A DNA stretch of 63,117 nt, counting the filler, from Klebsormidium nitens (lineage: Eukaryota; Plantae; Klebsormidiophyceae), in NCBI GenBank assembly GCA_000708835.1. It is 4 parts of 4 records of this genome, joined end to end, with 100 filler letters (N's around TTAATTAATTAA, not from the genome) between each part and the next. Parts side by side here need not be neighbours in the genome. Positions count along the whole stretch, not along the records: positions 8,599 to 38,748 come from DF237780.1; 3 more parts are not named here. One strand, given 5' to 3'. The position numbers and the translations under genes were made by a program. The notes under the pieces were generated by a model. That model had not been told where the DNA came from. It ran no database searches and saw only the letters and a program-made list of their open reading frames with translations. Positions 25,269 through 36,404 of this stretch are shown here, one piece after another (position 1 is the first letter of the stretch; each line of letters begins with the position of its first letter).

Positions 25269-25334
25269 CGCAGTCGATTTTTGTCAACTATATAATCCTT
25301 TAGATATAGTGATTACTTGCAAAAATCGACTGAT
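25269..25334 (-). repeat. 66-bp TIR mini-element, copy 1
   Basis: GCAGTCGATTTTTG...GCAAAAATCGACTGAT, in reverse orientation. Confidence 0.85.
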
Positions 25335-26264
25335 CTTTTCGGGACTGTCCGTTGCCGATTGCGTGGAATCCCGACCGTTCGATTGCGCGTCGGCGGTCTT
25401 TCTAAAGCGGTTGCGGTTTTATTACCGGCGGGCCGCCGAAGCTGACTTGGCACGCTCGGCGGGCCGCCAGAAGGCTCCGATTGGTTGAGAAGGTGCTCTA
25501 ACTGAGCACTCTCCCGCCTCTTTCTTCAAACTTTGTTGCCGAGCAGCGCTCAGGGGCGCAACAAAAAAATCATCGCAAGTGCAGCATGCGGCCCGCCTCA
25601 TAGCTTTGCATCTTAGAGATCATCGCAACTTGCATGGCAGCACGACCGCTCCATGGCTTGCACTCAGCGGAACAGTTTGCGGAGTTCCAAAAGAATTTGC
25701 GTCTATCAGTGATTCCGACCGTAGAGGCTCACCATGATGCTGCGGAAGAAACGAGCGCTCGCCTCTTGACTAACCAGGTGAGCTGCAAGAGCTCATCAAC
25801 TCAGCTGTCGTCAACCCAGGGTTTGCGATAGGTCTCAGCTCCATCACAAGGCCGGCTCCGGTCATGCTCATGTTTCTCAGCTCCACTTCAGAATTTGGTG
25901 CGCCTGAGCCACAGTTCCAAGCCCACTGCACATACTAAGTCAGTTGCACATCCTTTCAGATCATGGCTGCGGTCTCCCCATCATCATCCTGCAACAGTGC
26001 ATCCCTCTCCCAGGGATCCTCCACAGGCAGTCTGGACTCGTCAGACGGCGGTAGGATGCAAGAGGCGGATGTGAGCTTTTCCTGAGATCCGGCGTTGCCT
26101 TCCAACCATCCATCAATGATTGATGCACGGTCCTTCCAAAGGATTGGCAGCCGTTGTTTGCGAGTTGCGCGGGATGCCTTTGGAGTTTCGTCCGAGCCTA
26201 GGCTCTAGACGGGATTTGCGAGCTAGCGCATGGTTTTGCTCCTCCCTCCTCCAACCAGAGACTC

Positions 26265-26330
26265 ATCAGTAGATTTTTGCAATCTATATAGTCCTATGGT
26301 CTATAGAGTTGTTCGCAAAAATCTACTGAT
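26265..26330 (-). repeat. 66-bp TIR mini-element, copy 2
   Basis: Perfect 16-bp TIR, ATCAGTAGATTTTTGC / GCAAAAATCTACTGAT. Confidence 0.92.
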
Positions 26331-26637
26331 TTTTTGGAAACCCCATGTCTTCCAGGTCGTGCCATGTTCTGGCCTTCTGCCATTCCGAGAGGGGCCCCCC
26401 GGGGCGGGCACCTCCGCGACTCCAGCTGGCGGCCCTCCACAGCCTTCGGTGAGCTATTTAGTGATGGCATGCTGCGAACTCTTGAGCACTTGAAGGATGT
26501 ATCAATAATGACGCACCCGTCCGAAGGGCTGACAGCTGCTGTTTGCAAGTCCTGTGAATTGAATGCCTTTGGAGCCTCTTGGCTGGCCTTGCGAGCTAGC
26601 GCGTGGTCCTGCTCCTTCCTCCTCCAACCAGAGACTC

Positions 26638-26703
26638 ATCAGTAGATTTTTGCAATCTATATAGTCCTATAGTCTATAGAGTTGTTCGCAAGAATCGACT
26701 GAT
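26638..26703 (-). repeat. 66-bp TIR mini-element, copy 3
   Basis: ATCAGTAGATTTTTGC...GCAAGAATCGACTGAT, within an approximately 373-bp tandem duplication that also contains copy 2. Confidence 0.92.
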
Positions 26704-27297
26704 GTTTTTGGAACCCCACGCCTCCCAGGTTGCGCCGGCCTCCAGCAATCCACCGCTCCGAGAAGGGACCCCCGGGGCGGGCACCTCCGAGACTCCGGAT
26801 GGCGGCCATCCACAGCCTTTGGTGAGCTCCGGGTCCGATGCTCGTGGATACCCCGACTCCAATGACGCTTCGTTTTGGGGGCGGGGCGAAGCCCTAGCAA
26901 AGCGCTATCGCCCCCTCTGCCCCCAAACTTCCAGCAACCCCTCTCCTGCAAAGCGCTATCGCCCCCGCCACCGCAAGATCCCATCATCCGTGAGGTTTAC
27001 TCGCGCCTGTCACGCTCCTCGCTTGCAGGGGGGCGATGGTGAAGATATCCTGAGAGCAACATGCTCGGACGAGGAAGGCAGCACCGTCACCCAGCTCCCC
27101 GCCCCAAAACGCAGCAGGTAGGGGCGCTTTGCTAGGCCTTCGCCCGCCTCCTCTCCGATCGCCAAGCTGCTCGTGCATCTTGTAAACCCACACGAGTCTG
27201 TTGCAAGCAGGCCTCGCTCTTTCTGCACTGCGGCACTGACCTATAGGATTGCATTCAACAGGCAAACTGCAACCACTCCAGTGCCGGGCACACCCCC

Positions 27298-27612
27298 ATG
27301 ATGAGAGAAGATGCGGCATCCTTCATGGCTCGGAACAAGGCCGAGCTGAAGGCCGTTCGAGCTCATCAGAGACGCGAACCGAAAGCTCCCCTCAGATCGC
27401 GGGAGGAAATAGAGACCGAGCGCCGCGAGTCGGAGGCGGCATCCGACGCTCGGCACTTTGTCTCTATGGACACCGGCAACATCATCCGGGAAAAGCCGCC
27501 CCCTAAACCAAAAGACACCCTGAAGCAGAGCACGTTGCAGGAGTGCCTGACGTCCACACGATCAGCGAAGACGGTGAGGCATGCATCGCCTGCAATAAAC
27601 GCTCAGAAATAA
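27298..27612 (+). CDS. Short ORF whose N-terminus resembles exon 1 of the AEP-UL9 gene
   Basis: MREDAASFMARNKAELKAVRAHQR vs MSEKAAELMANNREGLRAYKVQR (28359). Confidence 0.4.
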   Translation: MMREDAASFMARNKAELKAVRAHQRREPKAPLRSREEIETERRESEAASDARHFVSMDTGNIIREKPPPKPKDTLKQSTLQECLTSTRSAKTVRHASPAINAQK

Positions 27613-28358
27613 GACGACGGAAAGCTTTCCCCTCACCTGTGCCCACATTTGACGGCGAGTCTGTGAAGCTTCGTCTTGCTCCCTACATTCTCGTCGGACC
27701 TCCTCGCCATCCAGCTTGCCTCTCTTCTCCGCCAATGCGATCATAGCCTTGGTCCTCTGCTCTGCTTTAAGCACTCAAGCAGCTTTTGCCTTTGCTGCCT
27801 TTGCGAGCTTCACCTTTTCCACAGACTCTGTCATCAATATGTATGTTCACCAACGGAAATGTCCGACTGGCCTTGAACGCACAGACCGTCCTGGGAACCC
27901 TCAACCGCTCTATAGACCTGCTGAACCTCAAATACCCGCCATCATCGCTTCCTCGTGGGCTTTGCCCACGCACTCGTGGCACATGAGGCGCTCCACGCAT
28001 GTTTTCTGAGCGCAATCCCACCATACCTGCAGGTTCTGCCGCGAGTCGAAGTCAACTGGAGGACCCGGCCAGGCCAGGAGCAAGGCAGGTGAAGCGTCTA
28101 ACCCCAAAAAGCCGACCGTTAGTACTTACGGCTTCCTTTATGGGGCATGTTTATTCCGAAAGGACATGTTAGCAAAGTCAACCATCTGGTTGATTTTGTA
28201 GATTAATCTAAAAAGAATCAAACTTGTCTAAACAGTCTTTGAATCCGGCCCTTTGTTCGTATCTTCCTAATTATCATGTCTCACAAAATAGGTCTTTCTG
28301 ACAATCCGTCACACTCTTCCACAGACGCGCACACCCGCAAGTCGAGCATACTCCCGCC

Positions 28359-31300
28359 ATGAGCGAAAAGGCCGCGGAGCTGATGGCCAACAACAGAGAG
28401 GGCCTCCGCGCCTACAAGGTGCAAAGAGCAGCGAAGATCGAGGTCATGCGCACCGGCCCCGTCAGCAAGCCCGGTCCTTTGATCAGCTGCATGGGGGACC
28501 TGGCCGCCGGCATCGGAGCCGACAGAACGACTTCGATCAAGCAGGAGCGATCAATGCTGCGGGACTGGCTTGTCACGCAGAAAGAAACCCCCGAGGTAGG
28601 AGGCTCGCTTTGTGCTCGAGCGCGAGAGGCATCGGATTCTCAAAAAATCAGTAGATTTTTGCGACTAATCACTATATCTAAAGGACTATATAGATTGCAA
28701 AAATCGACTGATGAGTCTTTGGCGGGAGAAGAAACGGTAGAGGACCGCACGCTAGGTCGCAAATCCTGGCGCCGGCCGGGGTCCTTGCCCAGGAGTGAAG
28801 GCTTATGGACCCAGTCAGCAGGACAGTTAGTCCCCCTTGTTGATCGGGCGCACTCCCTGCTGGCCCCCAAATCAAACCGTTTTTACTTATATGTTGAATG
28901 AGGTTCATTGAGTACTCTGTCAACCCATGAGAGCAACATGTGCGGGGACTTTCAGGGTTCATTAAAAGCATGGCTGGGGACCCCCTAAGCCTGGGATCCC
29001 CTGAGCCTACACCTGCTTTCCAAGCATCGAAGGTGCCATCGCCATCTCAAGTGTTACGCACTTCCAAGCAGGTAGAAGCAACAGCTACTGAGTTGCTGGC
29101 CTGGTGCACATGGACGTTCAAAGGTCGCTTCGACTTTTTGCAGCAGCCGCCGTCCGACGCAAGGGGCGACAGCGTCGAGGATACAATGGGGCGCTCCGCA
29201 GATGTCGATGACTGTGCGGCAACCGACAGCAAGCGTGAGGACGTGAGCAGGTGCGTGCAGTCCCCACCTGAGACCGACGCTGCGGGGCAGTCTTGGTTCA
29301 CCACGGAAAAGCCGCTGGAGCAGTGCCGACGGGCGATGGCGGCTGGCGAAGACCGTATCTTGATCGTCTGCGACGTGTCGAAGCACTCGGGGGCGAAAAA
29401 GTACTGCAGCATCCGCGACCCGTCCGCCCTGCAGGACTACGTCGCGCGCCGCCAGAAGACGGGCCTCGGCCACCCCAATCTGTACGAGGGCTTGACCGAA
29501 GGCCTGCCGACCAAGCTGTACGCGGACATTGATCTGCGGACGGCAAGCAGGGTGGAAGGGGACTTCGAGCGGTACAAGAGACATCTGGACGAAGTGAGGG
29601 ACGCCTTCCTGGTGGACGTGCTGGGCATCCCGCCCGAGTGCATCCGGTTCGAGGCCAGCGAGGCGCACGGGGACGCGGCCGACGGCGGCTTCAAGTGGAG
29701 CGTCCACGAGCTTCTGTGCGGGTACTACCTCGAGGACTTTCACGCCCGCAACGAGTTCAAGAAGGCCTTTGAGCACTTTCAGAAGCACCTCCCCGCGCAT
29801 CTCCACCACTGCGACGAGTTCCTCTGGCATACGCCCGACCCCCAGAGAGGCCCCAAGCTGATCTGGGACCCCTCTGTGTTCGCCAAGTTCAAGTGCTTTC
29901 GGATGCTCTATTCGCGGAAGAGGGGACCGTCCCCTGTTGCCCGTCGAGGGAAGCTCCCCGCAGCTGCTGGACCACCTGGTGGGCATCTACTCGGCGGAGG
30001 AGCTCGCGTCTCTGAAGAAGATCGACGTCGGAGTGCTGGAGCGGTACAACCAGAAGATCGGGGTGGACGCGGGGGAACGGTGCGAGATCCCCCGCCGCCA
30101 TACGACCCGGGTTCCGGTGGAGGGAGGGGCAGGCGAGAATGGCGCTCGGGACGAAGCGGTAGGCACGCCCCTGACCGCGCATGAGTTGGAGCGCCTGACG
30201 AGCGTTTACAGGGAGGACCATCCCGGGGCGGAGATCCGGACCACTCTGCAGGTGGCGACCGACGTCTTCACCCTTCACTTCCGCATCCAGCAGCCGATGT
30301 GCCGCATCCTTGGGGCTGCGCACGACAGCGACGGCAACAACGGAGGGTACCTTGTTTACAGGCGGAGCGATCCGACGGTGGCGTTTTACAAGTGCCACTC
30401 CGCGCGGTGCAGGTGAGCTTGCTGGTCGCCGCCGGCTGGCAAGCGACCGGTGCACTAGCAGCTTGGAATCAGTAGATTCTTGCGACTATACTCTATATCT
30501 TTAGGACTATATACCTTGCAAAAATCTACTGGGTGACCGTCGGCCGGAAGGGATGGTGGAGCACCGCGCGCTAGCTCGCAACTCCTGACTCTCTGCGAAC
30601 TCTGCGCGAGCATACCGCCAGCTGGCACGCGCCCTTCTCTAGCTAGGACTGACGCGGTGCGGGAACTTGGAATCAGTAGATTCTTGCCGCCGACTATACT
30701 CTATATCTTTAGGACTATATACCTTGCAAAAATCTACTGGGTGACCGTCAGCCGGTAGATTGATAGAGGACCGCACGCCAAGTGGCAACTCCCAATTGAA
30801 CCGCTCGGTCTCTCCATGCAGTGGTACCGTGCGGCGATTGCAGCTGCAAGTCCACCAGATACCCGGGTGGTCTGAAGACTATACGGATTCGAGCGGCATG
30901 CGGCCTTACCCCCTGTTTGACATCAAGAGAGGGGCCCCGAAGCACACTGTCTTGGTGACAGCCAACAAGGGGATAGGCAAGTCGAAGGCGAGCTATGATT
31001 GGCTATGGAAGATGCTGCAGCAAAACGAGGGCGCGGGGGTCGTCATCATTGCTGCCAACATTGCCCTTGCGAAGAAGTGCGAGTCGGACCTGCGGATCAA
31101 ATGCGAACGCAAGACGCGAGCGGGCCTCGACCTGTTTGGCCTCGATCTGTTCGTCAACTACCTGGACGCACCGGGTGGTGACATCAAACAGCCGAGGGTC
31201 ATCTGCTGCATCAACTCGCTCCACCGAGTGCGTTCCAGCCCCGCGATAGTCCTCGTCGACAAGGCGGACATGGTGCTCGCCAATTGCAACTACGACGTGA

Positions 31301-33348
31301 TGAAGAACCGGAAACATGTCTTCATGGCCGCCGAGCGCATCATGGGGAACGCCAGCATCCTCATAGCGATGGACGCACACATCGACTGTCCGAGGGTCCT
31401 GGAGTGGATGTACATGGTGCGCCCGGACAGTGAGTTGTACTCGATCCGGAACGCCGGCGTCCACTCGAGCCAGCTGGGGAGGACGGCCACCATCTGGCGC
31501 CTACCGAAGTTGAAAAAGATAGAGCTCACGTGTGCCCCAGCCGTCGCGCGGACCCTGGAACTCCTGAAGAGCGGCAAGAAAGTCGGGGTGAGTCCCAAAA
31601 GATCAGAAGATTTTTGCAACTAATCATATAGACTATAGGACTATATAGATTGCAAAAATCTACTGCTGAGTCTTTGGCAGGAGGAGGGAGGCGGATGGCC
31701 ACGTGCTAGGTTGCAATTCGTGTGGCCGGTCGCTCGGAGTCAGAGCTCTAGCCTTGGTCGCATATGCTACAGGCACCCTCGGCTAGCCTGCGCTACGTGA
31801 AGCAGCTGACGGAGGCCGCCGCTTCAGAATTCGGGCCATCGAAGGATTTGAAGGCATTCCACGGCGCGCAGAAGTCTCCGGAGGACAAGAAGCGTCTGTT
31901 TCAAGCCGTGGCGGAACCGGACGTGCACATGCTGGCGGATTTGATAACCCACACGTCGGTCATAGGCCCGGGAGTATCAGTGGAGAGGCCTTGGTACGAT
32001 ATGGTCGTGGCGCTCGCTTACAACAGCTCCTTCCACCCGGACGTGTTCGCCTTTATCCAGATGCTCTTTCGGCTTCGCATCGCGGGGCCCATGGACATAT
32101 TCCTCAGCGCCGATAACCCGCGCGACTGCCAGCCGGCGTGCTTGCCCACGACGAAGGAAGACGTCTTCCGAGCGATCGAGGACGGCAACGAGGAGCTCTG
32201 CAGAATGCTGGGTTCCACCGACCACCTCGACTTTCTGGTCAAGCGACGCGGCAAGCGGGCGATATGCAACCGGGAGTCTGCTACATGCGTGTTGTACGCC
32301 AACAACGTGCTCGCTCGGTGCGACAGCATCCGCCACTATCTGAAGATAATGACGGAGGATCTGCAGAAGCAGGGGCTGACGGTCATCGAGAAGGGAGCAC
32401 CGTTTGTGGAGACCGAACATGCTCCACCGGAGGCTTGCGATCCCGATGCAGAGCTGACGGCTGAGGAGTGGCGAGACAAGTACGTGGTTCGCGGGGACCA
32501 ATACTCGCACCTCAAGGTGCTGGAGGAGTTGCAGGACGTTGGCTTACGCGAACTGAAGCAAATCAAGCTATACGAGGCGATCCATGAGTTTTACAAGGTC
32601 GACCCCGCACTGGTCGACTTCGACTTCTTCGACGAGTTCTGTGCGGAGGACAACAAGAGCCGCGACATGTATGGGAATTACATGAGGTAAGCAATGACTC
32701 AAGGGGGCAGCTTTTCCACTGAGCTGATGGCGTTTGATTGGTTGTCCGGTGGAAGCTTTGTCCTTGCAAGGATTATCGCCGAAACATTCAATCGATGCTT
32801 TTACTATTGCCTCTCACAGGTTCCGCGAGCTCACCCGCGACCAGATCGCTGTGGGGTTTTGCATTCCGCTGAAGGAAGCCGATGCGGTGGGCGTCACTCA
32901 AGACTATATTGCGGAGCGGGACAGGCCTCAGAACAAGGTGCTTTTTGCTCGTGATGTGCTGGCGGACCTCATGGGCGTGAAGGGCTCGGAAGAAGAACCG
33001 CTCGACGGGGCACTTGACAACTACGAGGTCACGGAGTCTTCAATCCAAGCCGTCTATACGGCGAAGATCGGCGCGAGCCAAGAGAGGCTCGCGAAGGTGC
33101 GCGGCGACTATGGGATAAGACAGAAGGCTGCGCTGGACAAGCTGACGCCGAACCTGAAGCGGAACGTTGTCAAGAAGGTCATCTCCATCGGGCTGGGCCT
33201 CGACTTTCTCTTGAGCAAGACGAGCAATAACAAGTTCGTAGGGCCGCACGTCTTCCAACCGGCCCTCGGGAAGGAGTTGCATGATCAGTATGGGAATACA
33301 CCAAGCAGCTCAGAGGCGGACGTCGCGCTCATCGTGATCCCGTCATAG
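28359..33348 (+). CDS. AEP primase - UL52-type Zn finger - UL9-like (origin-binding) SF2 helicase fusion with spliceosomal introns and a frameshift
   Basis: AEP motifs LYEGL...KLYADID, KWSVHELL and WDPSVFAKFKCFRM. ZnF C-x6-H...YKCHSARC. Helicase motifs ANKGIGKS, VVIIAANIAL, VICCINSLHRV, LVDKAD, MDAHID, LITHTSVIGPGVS and IQMLFRLR. Introns 30413-30821, 31588-31772 and 32687-32819 restore the frame; intron 1 starts at 28596 with an ambiguous acceptor. Frameshift at the C-run near 29930. Confidence 0.85.
28647..28712 (+). repeat. 66-bp TIR mini-element, copy 4 (predicted intron 1)
   Basis: ATCAGTAGATTTTTGC...GCAAAAATCGACTGAT. Confidence 0.92.
30468..30533 (+). repeat. 66-bp TIR mini-element, copy 5 (intron 2)
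   Basis: ATCAGTAGATTCTTGC...GCAAAAATCTACTGGG. Confidence 0.9.
30672..30741 (+). repeat. 66-bp TIR mini-element, copy 6 (intron 2, with a small insertion)
   Basis: Near-identical to copy 5, about 204 bp downstream. Confidence 0.9.
31602..31667 (+). repeat. 66-bp TIR mini-element, copy 7 (intron 3)
   Basis: ATCAGAAGATTTTTGC...GCAAAAATCTACTGCT, starting 14 nt after the GT donor at 31588. Confidence 0.9.
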
Positions 33349-33502
33349 TTAGCCAGTGTAGATGCAACAATACATGAGACGATTGAGTATACATTTAAGG
33401 AGTCAAGTGGTGAACGGAGTCAGCTGATTGATGTGTGCTACATCTCTGAAAGCAGATGGCATGTGACTGATCTTTTTTATTTGGCGACAAGTAACATGCG
33501 CT

Positions 33503-33982
33503 ATGCAGAGCATCGTCGAATCTCAGGCGAGGAGGTCCACCCAGATCGAAGAGTATTACAATGAATGCCTCGATAAAGCTGTAAACCGAATCAAACGCAC
33601 TTATGACGAGGAACGAGGCACGAGCATGATTTTAAAGGTAGGCAAAATTGCCGGATTAAAAGGATTTCTCCCCCCCTACTCCATGCGCGACCTGGTCAAG
33701 GTTGTACGCTTTGGGCTCGAAAAAGCCGGAGTTCAAGTTCGTAGGTGCCGCGATCCCCACCATCTCTCTGTCGAGTGGAGAGGCGTTTTAAAGCACTCCA
33801 CCCAATCATCTGGCGCTAGAGCAATTCACAGCAAACAGAAGCATGCGACGGCGGATGGCGGAGCGCGCTTTATTTTTGATGGAGACCGCGGGACAGTCCC
33901 CATGCTCGAGGTGCTAGCAAACCCTGCTAAATGCAAGCAGGCCTATCTATGTAAGCAGAAGGCAATTGATGTTACGGGTTAG
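33503..33982 (+). CDS. Small Nucleocytoviricota-like protein (DUF5759-like)
   Basis: YNECLDKAVNRIK...TSMILKVGKI...PPYSMRDLVKVVRFGLEKAGVQV...PHHLSVEW fits the pattern I recall for DUF5759 (Y..L.K...RIK...P.Y...L...G..V...P..L.I.W). Intronless. Needs HMM confirmation. Confidence 0.6.
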   Translation: MQSIVESQARRSTQIEEYYNECLDKAVNRIKRTYDEERGTSMILKVGKIAGLKGFLPPYSMRDLVKVVRFGLEKAGVQVRRCRDPHHLSVEWRGVLKHSTQSSGARAIHSKQKHATADGGARFIFDGDRGTVPMLEVLANPAKCKQAYLCKQKAIDVTG

Positions 33983-34032
33983 CACCCATGCCCCGTCCCC
34001 CGTTCGTAAGTCCGAACGATGTTCGACCGATT

Positions 34033-34578
34033 CTAATAGCCCGATGATGATGAATCGTAATCGTCGGTGACTGGGGGCGCTCGGCGTCGTCGTCGGGAGC
34101 TCTTAGATTTTGGTGGCATTTTGAGCGCTTTAGGAGTCGTCATCGCTTTTGACTTCCTTCGGTTTGCTTGTGGAGTCAAAGCCTCGAAATCTTCGATTGA
34201 GAGCTTCGTAGCGCTCGTCCTATAAGACCCCTCAAAATGCATATCCTGAGGCCTTTGGTTCTCTGGCAATGCATGCAGAGATACATGGTATGCGTACTCT
34301 TTGTGTTTGCTGCCTCTCGTTGTCTCCATCAGCAAAACATATACCGTGAATGGAAGGGTTGCTGACCTGGGGGCATTTGCCTTGAGTTGTCGATATAAAG
34401 CGCTTCCTGCTCTGCAACCTGCCTGGACGACTCGCCCGCGCTCAGCATCGATCTCGAGCCGCGAATTATCCAGCTTGCTGGATTGATTCGAACACTTTGC
34501 ATCAAGTGCCTTCACAATCTTGAATGATCGTCGATTTCTCTTGTCTCTGAGCGGCTGATCCTCCATATTCAATGGCAT
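34033..34578 (-). CDS. MC1-like non-histone DNA-binding protein of the Nucleocytoviricota type
   Basis: RRSFKIV...LLMETTRGSKHKEYAY matches the RSF...ETTRGS.KK.Y.Y signature of giant-virus MC1-domain proteins, followed by a basic tail. Intronless. Confidence 0.7.
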   Translation of the reverse strand: MPLNMEDQPLRDKRNRRSFKIVKALDAKCSNQSSKLDNSRLEIDAERGRVVQAGCRAGSALYRQLKANAPRSATLPFTVYVLLMETTRGSKHKEYAYHVSLHALPENQRPQDMHFEGSYRTSATKLSIEDFEALTPQANRRKSKAMTTPKALKMPPKSKSSRRRRRAPPVTDDYDSSSSGY

Positions 34579-34941
34579 GATAAAAACGCATCAGGGTTCG
34601 GCGTGAAAGCGGCTCCCCCTGATGCGTTTTCGGAGTCTGTCTGTGGATAACTAAAAGCATGCCCCGTCAAATGTCCACTCGTCAAGCAGAATGCACTATT
34701 AAATGCGAACGGCCTCCCTTGGCTTATAGAATACCTCCCTTGTTATTTATCATAAATACTTTAGCTGATATTTTAGACCCAAAGCGCTTCGATGAATGAT
34801 CGGAATTTTAAGTGTCTCAAAAACTCAAAAAAGATGCCTATAACTCCTTGGAATAAGGCCTCGCGGAATCGGGCTTCCTTACCCGCGGCACTTGCTTCGA
34901 GGTATTCTGAAAATTGTTTTCTCAAGTAAGAGTATCGTCCC

Positions 34942-35994
34942 ATGGCAGCTAACCAGTCAGCACCGGCAAACGAGGAGGACGTTAAAAGGGTGATATGTGG
35001 CGAAACCTTCTGTCATAACCTACTAAATGACGGCATCGCAAGGGCCTCGACAACCTGCGAACAGTACATGAAGAGCTTGATTGTGATGTATAAGCTGCTG
35101 AATCGAGGAACGGTTATGCCTCCCAACATTGAGTGGGTCCGCGACGATGCTGACCTGCTCATTGACTTGCTGGAGAAAAAGTATCCAAACAAGGGGTCGC
35201 TGTGCAACAAATACACCCCGTTGATGACCCTGTCAAAGCAGCAAGGGTGGATGTAGGTTTACAAGCAATACTACCTACGCTTTGTGCTCGCAAAAAATGT
35301 GCAACTCTGTAGGGCCGGGTCTCAGAAAGCGACGGAAAATGAGGAGGTCAATTGGATCCACATGCAAGAGGTCAAGGATAAAATGGAGGAGTTAGGACGG
35401 CGCATAAGACGACAGCTCCTTCCTGAGTTCCGCGCGAGCAAAAAGCTGCTCGTGAGGGACGAGGTGAAGGTAGTGTTCCAGCACCTCGTGCTGGCGGCAA
35501 ACGTTCTCGAGCCTCCCAAACGGCGTGATTGGTGCAACCTTCCGATTCGGAAATTGGACGGCACCTTTCATAATGAAGCAGCGAAGGCCATGTATGACAA
35601 GTTTGGTAATGAACTGGTTGAGAAAGCCGCCGAAACGTATGTCTTGGTCCTGAAGACGTTCAAAACGGCCAAGAAATACGGTCAGCAGTAGTTCGAGTTG
35701 CCGAAGAGATTGTCTCATTATATACAACGTTCGCTCGAGCTCGTTCCCAGGGGTTATTTCATAACATTGCTGAGCGACCTCGGGCAACCCATGGGTGACG
35801 ACTATTGGACGCAATTCGTTCGAGAGATCCCGTTTTCCAGGGGCCGTCATCTCACGACCAATCACTTGAGGCACGTATTTGTGACCGACTGCTACAACAA
35901 AGACGCCTCTCTTTCCGATAGACAGTCCGTTGCTGGCCGAATGCTGCACAGCGTGTCAACTCAGATGCGTAGCTACGAGAGAAAGCGCAGCTAA
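34942..35994 (+). pseudogene. Tyrosine recombinase (virophage/PLV/giant-virus OLV11-like), copy 1, with two in-frame stops
   Basis: ORFs 34942..35256, 35284..35691 and 35698..35994 share one frame. Catalytic set R (EPPKRRD), K (LKTFKT), HxxR (NHLRH), H (RMLHS) and Y (SYERK). TAG at 35254 and 35689. Confidence 0.9.
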
Positions 35995-36260
35995 GTGACC
36001 TCGATCAACCCGTCGCTGACAAATCTCAGCAGGTTGTCTCCTTCTTGTTGGCTTTCAGGGATTCTAGATCCCGCCACAGGGTAACCGGCCGCAAGCAACC
36101 TGTCGAGGGTCCTTTGTTGAGTTCTTATGCCGCTTTTGTACCTTTCGAAAGCCTTGGTCAACAGGATGTCGTTTCGGTTCCGAATGTAGTAATCTTTGAC
36201 ATGTTCGCTGTGCTTGCCGGGGTTTTTCTCGATGTAACGCCTTTTCGTTTTGCAGGTCAC
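35991..36260 (-). CDS. Small basic virus-like protein, convergent with and overlapping the YR stop
   Basis: RRYIEKNPGKHSEHVKDYYIRNR resembles the KYYEKN...YY..N motif common in giant-virus small ORFs. The two stop codons overlap at CTAA. Confidence 0.55.
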   Translation of the reverse strand: MTCKTKRRYIEKNPGKHSEHVKDYYIRNRNDILLTKAFERYKSGIRTQQRTLDRLLAAGYPVAGSRIPESQQEGDNLLRFVSDGLIEVT

Positions 36261-36404
36261 GCAAAGGACACGTGCGCAGCTGGTTGGTGTAGCTCAATTC
36301 GTCGATGGTATGATCGGCCATTCGCCCGTTGAAGTTACGAACGAAAAAAAATCCCAGTCCGTCCGCGTTCGTGCGACGATTTTTATCTCGGGAGATCCTA
36401 AGGC

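Noticed and set aside
25269-31667. CRISPR-like interpretation of the palindromic repeats
   Set aside because: Spacing is irregular (200 bp to 2 kb), orientation is mixed, there are no cas genes and the context is eukaryotic.
29054-32510. Long antisense ORFs (29054..29986, 29889..30455, 31003..31464, 31977..32510; also 36564..37286 and 37341..38138)
   Set aside because: Shadow ORFs of GC-rich coding sequence on the opposite strand.
33998-34018. Small hairpin CGTTCG-TAAGTC-CGAACG between convergent viral-type genes
   Set aside because: A 6-bp stem is too short to support a giant-virus 3'-hairpin terminator call.
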